Assembly (NCBI GenBank): GCA_041580435.1
Contig: JBFGDW010000002.1
Location: forward strand, 1-32,859
Source of the DNA: Candidatus Polarisedimenticolia bacterium
Lineage (GTDB): Bacteria; Acidobacteriota; Polarisedimenticolia; SMYD01
DNA length: 32,859 bases
Direction: 5' to 3'
The translations under genes were made by a program, and so were the position numbers. The notes under the pieces are model-generated. The model ran no database searches. It saw nothing but the letters and a program-made list of their open reading frames with translations, and was not told where the DNA came from. Numbering within the stretch: position 1 is the stretch's first letter; each line of letters opens with the position of its first letter. Positions 27,201 through 32,859 of this stretch are shown here, one piece after another.

Positions 27201-29334
27201 CGGCTCGGTCTACTTCCTGCGCCACCAGGACATCCTCACCGGCTCGGAGCGGGTGCGCATCGAGATCCGGGACAAGGACTCGGGGATCGTCACGGGGGTG
27301 GTCAACCTGCGCTATGCCCTGGACTACGACATCGACTATCTGCAGGGCCGGATCCTGCTCACCGAGCCGCTCTCCTCCACCGCCGAGGACAACCTGCTGG
27401 TGCGCAGCAGCGGCCTGAGCGGCGGCGAGGCCTACCTGGTGGTGCGCTACGAGTACACCCCCGGCTTCGAGGACCTGGATGCGGCCACCGTGGGCGGGGC
27501 GGGCCACTACTGGCTCGGCGACCACGTGCGCCTGGGCCTGACCGGCAACTCCAGCGAGGAAGGGAGCGCCGACAGCAGCCTGGGGGCCGCCGACCTGACC
27601 CTGCGCATGAGCGAGGCGACCTGGCTCAAGGTGCAGGCGGGGCGCAGCGAGGGGCTGGTGTCCAGCCCGCTGCGCTCCGAGGACGGCGGCTTCGGCTTCG
27701 ACGGCCCCGGCGCGGCCCCCTTCACCAGCGCCGAGGCCGACGCCTACCGGGCCGACCTGAGCCTGGGGCTGGGGAATCTTCTCGAGGGCCGGGACGGACG
27801 CGTCACTCTTTATGCCCAGAACCGGGACGCCGGCTACTCGGCGCCGGGACAGGCCACCCTGAAGGACACCGAGCAGCTCGGCGGGACCCTCCGGATCCCG
27901 GTGACGGACCGCCTGAGCCTGGCGGCCAAGGGGGACCAGACGACCCAGGAGCAGGGACTTGAGACCCGCGCCGTGGAGCTGAACGTGGGCTACAAGCTGT
28001 CGGAGAAGTGGAGCGTCGGCACCGGGGTGCGCAACGACCTGCGGGAGGACCGCTCGCCGGTGGTCCCCCTCACCCAGGAGCAGGGGGAGCGCACCGACGC
28101 GGTGGCCCAGGTGACCTACGACTCCGGCGCCGACTGGCGCGCCTACGGCTTCGTCCAGGAGACGGTGTCCTCCAGCGACGGACGCCAGGACAACGGGCGG
28201 GTGGGTGCCGGCGGCTCCTACCGCCTCACCAAGCGCTTCAAGATCGACGGGGAGGCCTCGGACGGGGACCTGGGCTTCGGCGGCCGGGTGGGCACCAGCT
28301 TCCTGCCCTCGGAGCGCACCAGCCTCTACCTGAACTACGCCCTGGAGAACGAGCGGACCGACAACGGCCTGCGCGCCCGGCGTGGGAACCTGGTGTCAGG
28401 GGTGAAGCGGCGCCTCTCGGACAGCTCCAGCGTCTACGTGGAGGAGCGCTACCAGGACGGCGACACCCTCAGCGGCCTCACCCACGCCGCCGGGGTCCAC
28501 CTGGTGGCCCGTGAGCGCTGGAACCTGGGCGCCAGCGCCGAGCTGGGCACGCTCCGCAACGCCCTCACCGCCGCCGAGACCGACCGGAAGGCGGCCGGCG
28601 TCCGGCTGGGCTATGGGCTGGAGACCATGCAGATCTCCAGCGCCATCGAGTTCCGCCGTGACGACGCCGAGCAGCCCGACGCCACCCTCACCGAGCGCAC
28701 CACGTGGCTGTTCCGCAACACCTTTAAGTTCCAGGTGACGCCCGACTGGCGCGTGGTGGGCAAGATCAACCACTCGGACAGCGAGAGCTCCCTGGGCCAG
28801 TTCTACGACGGCGGCTACACCGAGGCGGTCCTGGGCTACGCCTACCGGCCGGTGCGCCACGACCGGCTCAGCACCCTGGCCAAGTACACCTACTTCTACA
28901 ACGTCCCCACCACCGACCAGGTGACCCTGCGGAGCACGCCGGTGGAGTTCATCCAGAAGAGCCACGTGGCGTCCCTGGACCTGACCTACGAGCTGACGCC
29001 CGCCTGGTCGGTGGGCGGCAAGTACGCCTACCGGCTGGGCCAGGTGGCCCTGGACCGGGAGCAGCGGAACTTCTTCGACAACACCGCCCAGCTGGTGGTG
29101 CTGCGGGTGGACTGGCGCTTCCGGAAGGGCTGGGAGAGCCTCACCGAGCTACGGATGCTGGACCTGCCCGATCTGGACCAGCGCCGCGACGGCGCCCTGG
29201 TGGGGATCTACCGCCGGCTCGGAAAGCACTTCAAGGTGGGCGCCGGCTACAACTTCACCGACTTCTCCGACGACCTCACCGACCTGGGCTACGACCACCG
29301 GGGCGCCTTCATCAACGTGGTCGGCACCATGTGA
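24238..29334 (+). CDS. Giant outer-membrane protein: three OmpA/MotB-like peptidoglycan-binding domains plus a very large C-terminal beta-barrel
   Basis: SD GGAGG 8 nt before ATG 24238; signal peptide. OmpA motifs VGHAD..LSRERA..GRALNRRVEV, IGHTD..LSRARA..GRALNRRIEV and a degenerate TGYTA..LSAARA. The C-terminal half is rich in Gly/Tyr amphipathic strands and ends GAFINVVGTM. Confidence 0.87.
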   Translation: MRTHRHLLLASGLLLAAALPRATPAGSSLVDFCEVGESLERHLSPDQTFQRWSQDPDLLDTQRGDRLEVRQVLGEELTTVKLRNVVPPIRFASGVADIPPEYVEKLARILEGMRHRRNVRVHFVGHADTQRLSEALVRVFGDNAGLSRERAGEVAEFFKNALDLPPEAITYEWAGDTQPIASNLTEEGRALNRRVEVEVWYDEAAGTLKDQEVVVAEEIRRIKVCRMETVCKMRFREGHARRARVRNLVVPLRYDDETTPISGDFIKQIAQALHNLRDRQNVAVRFIGHTDDAPLAGRDERIYGNHLSLSRARALRVALALQDALGPSTAAVESDGRGAARPVASNETAQGRALNRRIEVEFWHDDPLQELPDEPLPCPGDSGEEMATRVYDPPWGRIPALELVDGEPLIPPGYAADLNRALTDIAHRTNPRLRFTGYTANERLDRRTASVYGDDIGLSAARARRAMETLLQDPLLATARAEHEGRGYVQSDDVVNAGFIQGDTSFVRVQAVYDEPVPLDDYEGVDITRITRELSPGSPYELNVMRITVDGEPMDDPGRSSSDIQRCTDVALDDARIRFRFDSLDASPRLAVAAHPVAVAMGSGADGAGPAATVRFNSSSNYASFIQRAEVRILEPGQPAGAAPLAVLPVDADGRAEWQPPAGLLKGPTRELTYRLRAHGAGGRYDETAPRPLWLVRAAPDGGAVPDGGAGTASPAQDLLAAHGESQLTRQEIRIQGGTVRVNGGGIPAGHQVWVAGRPVPVDPEGRFVAEAILPPGAHTVEVAVLDDAGNGSLYLRDLEFGGRDLFYVGIADLTLSENSGSGPVELLQGEGARQPLDSSLDGRLAFYVNGQVSPRWSLTASADTREGPVEGLFSNFLDKSPEALFRRIDPDNHYPTFGDDSVVEEMAPTLGKLYVKASRGESYGLWGNFKVDYLGNELAHVDRGLYGANAHYGSEATTSFGEQRAAVDGFAAEPGTLASYEELRGTGGSVYFLRHQDILTGSERVRIEIRDKDSGIVTGVVNLRYALDYDIDYLQGRILLTEPLSSTAEDNLLVRSSGLSGGEAYLVVRYEYTPGFEDLDAATVGGAGHYWLGDHVRLGLTGNSSEEGSADSSLGAADLTLRMSEATWLKVQAGRSEGLVSSPLRSEDGGFGFDGPGAAPFTSAEADAYRADLSLGLGNLLEGRDGRVTLYAQNRDAGYSAPGQATLKDTEQLGGTLRIPVTDRLSLAAKGDQTTQEQGLETRAVELNVGYKLSEKWSVGTGVRNDLREDRSPVVPLTQEQGERTDAVAQVTYDSGADWRAYGFVQETVSSSDGRQDNGRVGAGGSYRLTKRFKIDGEASDGDLGFGGRVGTSFLPSERTSLYLNYALENERTDNGLRARRGNLVSGVKRRLSDSSSVYVEERYQDGDTLSGLTHAAGVHLVARERWNLGASAELGTLRNALTAAETDRKAAGVRLGYGLETMQISSAIEFRRDDAEQPDATLTERTTWLFRNTFKFQVTPDWRVVGKINHSDSESSLGQFYDGGYTEAVLGYAYRPVRHDRLSTLAKYTYFYNVPTTDQVTLRSTPVEFIQKSHVASLDLTYELTPAWSVGGKYAYRLGQVALDREQRNFFDNTAQLVVLRVDWRFRKGWESLTELRMLDLPDLDQRRDGALVGIYRRLGKHFKVGAGYNFTDFSDDLTDLGYDHRGAFINVVGTM

Positions 29335-29359
29335 GGCTCCCCGGGCGGGCGGGGTCCTC
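29333..29359. terminator. Possible hairpin between convergent stop codons
   Basis: GAGG..CCCCG / CGGGG.CCTC imperfect GC stem. No U-tract. Confidence 0.25.
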
Positions 29360-29681
29360 AGTCTCCGGGCGGATGCCGGAAGTCCGAGATGCGGTTGTAG
29401 ACCCACGCCACGGCGAAGCCGATGACGGCTCCGGCCAGGGTGCCGTAGATGAGGCCCACCAGCGCGCCGGGCCAGGTGACGGAGTAGCCGGGAAAGTAGT
29501 GGCGCAGCAGGCCCAGGTGCGGGCCGACCTCGTCGCCGCCCAGGATCACCAGCCAGGCGGTGGCCACGGCCAGGCCCACGCCCCCGGTGAGCCCGAACAC
29601 CAGGGCCATGATGGAGGCCCTGAGGCGTGCGATGGCGGTGCGCAGGCGGCGGGTCTCGGCGGCGGTCACATCGGTGCTCAA
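29358..29681 (-). CDS. Small membrane protein (two hydrophobic helices), paralogous to the C-terminal domain of the upstream oxidoreductase
   Basis: TTG start with GGAGG upstream. Motif GGDEVGPHLGLLRHYFPGYSVTWPGALVG. Confidence 0.8.
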   Translation of the reverse strand: MSTDVTAAETRRLRTAIARLRASIMALVFGLTGGVGLAVATAWLVILGGDEVGPHLGLLRHYFPGYSVTWPGALVGLIYGTLAGAVIGFAVAWVYNRISDFRHPPGD

Positions 29682-29700
29682 GGTCTCACCATCCTCCCCA

Positions 29701-31647
29701 TCAGGGCTCGAGGAGCTTGTCCATCTGGGCCTGGCGCTTGTAGGTCGTCTCGTGCCAGGCCACCAGCTTGTTGATGGCGGTGGCCAGGAGCCAGCCGAAG
29801 GCGAAGCCCCCCAGGGCCGCCTCCACCATCCCCACCAGCCCGCCGGTCCAGCTCACCTGGTAGCCGAGGAAGTACTGCCCCAGCAGCGCCAGGTTGGGCC
29901 CGACAGTGTCGCCGCCGCGCAGCAGGAGAATGGCCGTGGCCAAAAACACTCCCACCCCCAGCACGGCGCCCACGGCCCCGCCCAGAGCCACGGCATCGTA
30001 GCGCGCGAAGGCCGATCGGACCAGCTCCGCCAGCTCGTCCCGGGGGGAGAGCGGCATGGGGACGGCGCGGCCTCCAGGAGCGGCGAGCCGGCCGGAGGCT
30101 GCCGCACGGCCTGCGGCCACTGCGGCCGCTCGCCCCTCACCCGCCTCCGTGTCGTCCTCGCGGCGCTCCTCGTGGTACTCCTCCTCCACGTTGACGCCCC
30201 AGACATCCAGCTCGGCGCCGGCGATGTTGCGGGCGGCATAGATGGCGGTGACCATGGAGTGATCCTGATTGTTGTAGCGGTGCTGGCCGTTGCGCCCGAC
30301 GAGCTGCAGGTTGGGGAACCCCTCCAGGTAGCTCCGGATGGTGGCCAGGGCCTCCTGGTACCCCTGGTCGTAGACCGGATAGGCCTTGGGGACGCGCACC
30401 ACGGTGCCGTCGATGACCTCCTCGGCCCGCACCAGCTTCAAGATGTCGCACTCCCTGCGGCCCAGCTCCACCAGGTCGGCGTCGGCCATGGTCCACAGCT
30501 CGTCCCCCTCCTGCACGAAGTACTCCAGGCCCAGGGCCGTCTTGGAGGGGTCGGGGACCATCTCGGGGCTCCAGTTCTTGAAGTTCTGGATGCGCCCCAG
30601 CTTCACGTCCGCCGAGTGGATGTAGATCCAGTTGTCGGGGAACAGCTCCGGATTGTCCACGATGAGGACCACCGACAGGAAGTCCCGGTAGCGCAGGCGG
30701 CGGGCCGCCTCCAGTACCTCGGGGGGCGCCGGCGGATCGAATCCCAGGATCAGATTCCGGATGGGCATGGACGAGATGAAGTGCTCGCCCACCTCGCGCT
30801 GGACGCGGCCGTCGGCGTCCACCACATCCACCGCCACGATGCGCCCGCCCTGGTGGTGCAGCTTGGTCACCTTGTGGCGCATGTGAGTGTGGTACCCCTG
30901 ATCCGCCAGCTTGTCCCGGAAGCGCTCCCACATCATCCCGGGTCCCAGGCGGGGGTAGTGGAAGGCGTCGATGAGGGTGGTGATGACCTCCTTCTTGCTC
31001 TTGGCCCGCGACCCCAGCAGGGCGTTCTTCACCGCCTTGAGCAGGTCCAGATTCTTGATGCGCTGGGCGGCCCAGTCGGCGCCGATCTCGGTGCAGGGGA
31101 TGCCCCAGACCTTCTCGGTGTAGGTCTTGAAGAAGATCTCGTACAGGCGGCGGCCGAAGCGATTGGAGACCCACTGCTCGAAGTTGCGCTCCTCCTTGAG
31201 CGGGAACATCTGGGCCTTGAGATAGCTGAATCCGATGCGCGCCGCCTCCACCGGGCCCAGGCCCAGGAGGGCGTTCACCGGCTTCAAGGGATAATCGAAG
31301 AACTCGCCGCCGTAGTAGATGCGCGACAGGCGGCCGCGCTGGATCAGGTCGTCCCCCAGCACCTCCTCCCACAGCTTCTGCACCATATCGACCTTGGTGA
31401 AGAAGCGGTGGCCGCCGATGTCGAAGCGGTAGCCCTTGTAGTTGACGGTCTGGGCGATGCCGCCCACCAGGGAGTCGGACTCGAACAGCACGGCGGGGAT
31501 CTTGAGGCGAGCCAGCTCCCAGGCGGCGGTGAGCCCGGCGGGGCCGGCGCCGATGATGACGGCGCGGCCGGAGCCGGGCGCGCCTGGACGCGGTTGCTGG
31601 CTTTGAGTCGTCTGCTGCAAGGGCCCCCCGAGGCGTGAGTGGGGCAC
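29701..31647 (-). CDS. FAD/NAD(P)-dependent oxidoreductase (HemY/amine oxidase/UDP-galactopyranose mutase-like superfamily) with a fused C-terminal membrane domain
   Basis: Motifs [31 protein letters not shown] and [14 protein letters not shown]. Start uncertain (GTG 31647 or TTG 31620). Confidence 0.88.
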   Translation of the reverse strand: MPHSRLGGPLQQTTQSQQPRPGAPGSGRAVIIGAGPAGLTAAWELARLKIPAVLFESDSLVGGIAQTVNYKGYRFDIGGHRFFTKVDMVQKLWEEVLGDDLIQRGRLSRIYYGGEFFDYPLKPVNALLGLGPVEAARIGFSYLKAQMFPLKEERNFEQWVSNRFGRRLYEIFFKTYTEKVWGIPCTEIGADWAAQRIKNLDLLKAVKNALLGSRAKSKKEVITTLIDAFHYPRLGPGMMWERFRDKLADQGYHTHMRHKVTKLHHQGGRIVAVDVVDADGRVQREVGEHFISSMPIRNLILGFDPPAPPEVLEAARRLRYRDFLSVVLIVDNPELFPDNWIYIHSADVKLGRIQNFKNWSPEMVPDPSKTALGLEYFVQEGDELWTMADADLVELGRRECDILKLVRAEEVIDGTVVRVPKAYPVYDQGYQEALATIRSYLEGFPNLQLVGRNGQHRYNNQDHSMVTAIYAARNIAGAELDVWGVNVEEEYHEERREDDTEAGEGRAAAVAAGRAAASGRLAAPGGRAVPMPLSPRDELAELVRSAFARYDAVALGGAVGAVLGVGVFLATAILLLRGGDTVGPNLALLGQYFLGYQVSWTGGLVGMVEAALGGFAFGWLLATAINKLVAWHETTYKRQAQMDKLLEP

Positions 31648-31736
31648 AAGTTACTGCAAATGCCCGGAGGGGAAAAGGGCAGGCGCCGTGGGAGCGCACC
31701 GGGTGGGGGCCGGGCCGGACATGCCCCTCACGGCGC

Positions 31737-31765
31737 TTGACCCCCGGGCGGCGATGGCGCAGAGT
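31737..31765 (+). promoter_or_regulatory. Candidate sigma70-type promoter for the epimerase gene
   Basis: TTGACC (31737-31742), 17-nt spacer, CAGAGT (31760-31765), then 7 nt to ATG 31773. Confidence 0.35.
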
Positions 31766-31772
31766 GCTGGAC

Positions 31773-32810
31773 ATGGCAGCCAGCGTGCAGGGCCCCGTCC
31801 TGGTCACAGGCGGGAGCGGGTTCGTGGGTCGGAGCCTCATCCGGAATCTGCTGGCTGCGGGCATCCCGGTCCGCGCCCTCACGCGCCGTCCGCTCCCGGA
31901 TGCGCCGCGCCCGGAAGGGCTCCAGGTGATCCAGGGTGACATCACCGACCCCGCCTCGCTCGTCCCGGCCCTGGCGGGGGTGGAGGCAGTGGTCCATCTC
32001 GCCGGGAGCCTGGGCCTGGGAGCCCGTCCCGAGGCGCTGGAGGCCGTCAACGTGCTGGGGACCCGCCACGTGGCGCTGGCGGCCCGCCAGGCTGGCACGC
32101 CGCTGTTCCTCCACGTCAGCAGCGCCGGCGTCTACGGCGACGGCGACGGCACATTGCCCCGGGACGAGTCGGCGCCGCTGCGCCCGTCCACTCCCTACGA
32201 GCGCTCCAAGCTGGAGGGGGAGGAGGCGGCGCGCGCGGCGCTGGCGCGGTCGGCGACGGCGCTGGTGACCCTGCGGCCGGCCGGGCTGTACGGCCCCGGC
32301 CGCGCCGAGAGCCTGCATTTCGTGGCCACGGTGAGCCGGCGGCGGCTCTGGCTGCACGGGCCGGCGCGCATCCTCCTGCACCCGACCCACGTGCACGACC
32401 TGGTCTCGGCGGTGCGCCTGGTGCTGGCGGCGGGGGCGCGGCCGGGGGCCATCACGGCTGGCGCGGCCAGTGAGCGCATCTTCAACGTGGCCGGCGAGCG
32501 CGCCGTGACCTTCACCGAGCTGGTGGACGCCCTGGCCGAGCGTCTGGAGACGAACCCCATGCACCTGCGCCTGCCCGCCGCGGCGGGCAAGATCCTGGCC
32601 GCCGGGGGACGGCTGGCCTGCGCGGCCGCGCGACGGCCGGTGCCGGAGCCGGTGGCACGGCTGGCGGGGGGTGTGGTCAACCGGACGCTGGACTGCGCCC
32701 GGCTGCGCCGGGAGCTAGGATGGACGCCGCAGCCGCTGGATCAGGGGCTGGACGAGCTGGTGGCAGCGGCCACCGCCTTCAGACCTCCACGCCCAGGTCC
32801 TCTGCCATGA
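31773..32810 (+). CDS. NAD-dependent epimerase/dehydratase (extended SDR)
   Basis: Rossmann motif VLVTGGSGFVG, VVHLAG, HVSSAGVYG, catalytic YERSK (YxxxK), LRPAGLYGPG. Confidence 0.9.
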   Translation: MAASVQGPVLVTGGSGFVGRSLIRNLLAAGIPVRALTRRPLPDAPRPEGLQVIQGDITDPASLVPALAGVEAVVHLAGSLGLGARPEALEAVNVLGTRHVALAARQAGTPLFLHVSSAGVYGDGDGTLPRDESAPLRPSTPYERSKLEGEEAARAALARSATALVTLRPAGLYGPGRAESLHFVATVSRRRLWLHGPARILLHPTHVHDLVSAVRLVLAAGARPGAITAGAASERIFNVAGERAVTFTELVDALAERLETNPMHLRLPAAAGKILAAGGRLACAAARRPVPEPVARLAGGVVNRTLDCARLRRELGWTPQPLDQGLDELVAAATAFRPPRPGPLP

Positions 32811-32859
32811 GGCGGCGGAAGATGTCCCGGAACGTCTCCTTGCGGAACGGGTCGTAGGC
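32779..32859 (-). CDS. 3' end of a convergent gene entering from the window edge (product unknown)
   Basis: Minus frame reads AYDPFRKETFRDIFRRLMAEDLGVEV* with strongly GC3-biased codons. Stop at 32781-32779 overlaps the epimerase 3' end by 32 bp. Confidence 0.5.
   Translation of the reverse strand, partial: AYDPFRKETFRDIFRRLMAEDLGVEV

Noticed and set aside
29560-31638. 692-aa plus-strand ORF and the 653-aa minus-strand alternative-frame ORF at 30137-32098
   Set aside because: Both overlap the well-supported FAD oxidoreductase and lack motifs.
1-32859. CRISPR arrays, tRNA/rRNA genes, transposases, integrases
   Set aside because: None recognised by eye; repeats seen are protein-domain repeats or short hairpins.

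Overview
High-GC bacterial DNA from an organism with an outer membrane, in four blocks. (1) 1-3953: redox genes (3' end of an aldehyde:ferredoxin oxidoreductase, an NADPH-dependent FMN reductase, a Cys-type formate dehydrogenase alpha subunit). (2) ~3950-8750: a lower-GC block with two convergent genes for secreted multidomain proteins, one a 7-bladed FG-GAP propeller, followed by a hairpin-rich intergenic region. (3) 8758-29334: a ~20.6 kb co-oriented envelope locus. It encodes a periplasmic protein, three TPR proteins (two lipoproteins), a small GltF-like protein, a MotA/TolQ/ExbB channel, two ExbD/TolR subunits and a TonB-like AgmX/PglI-type protein, together resembling the core of the myxobacterial Agl-Glt machinery. 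A clear c-di-GMP-I (GEMM) riboswitch then precedes a ~1700-aa DUF11-repeat adhesin-like protein and a ~1700-aa protein with three OmpA-like domains and a very large predicted beta-barrel. This block is the best candidate for an undescribed system: a proton-motive-force-driven, c-di-GMP-regulated adhesin export or surface-motility machine. (4) 29358-32859: genes probably linked to glycan metabolism (FAD oxidoreductase with a duplicated membrane domain, SDR epimerase). All calls come from motif reading by eye; no database searches were run.
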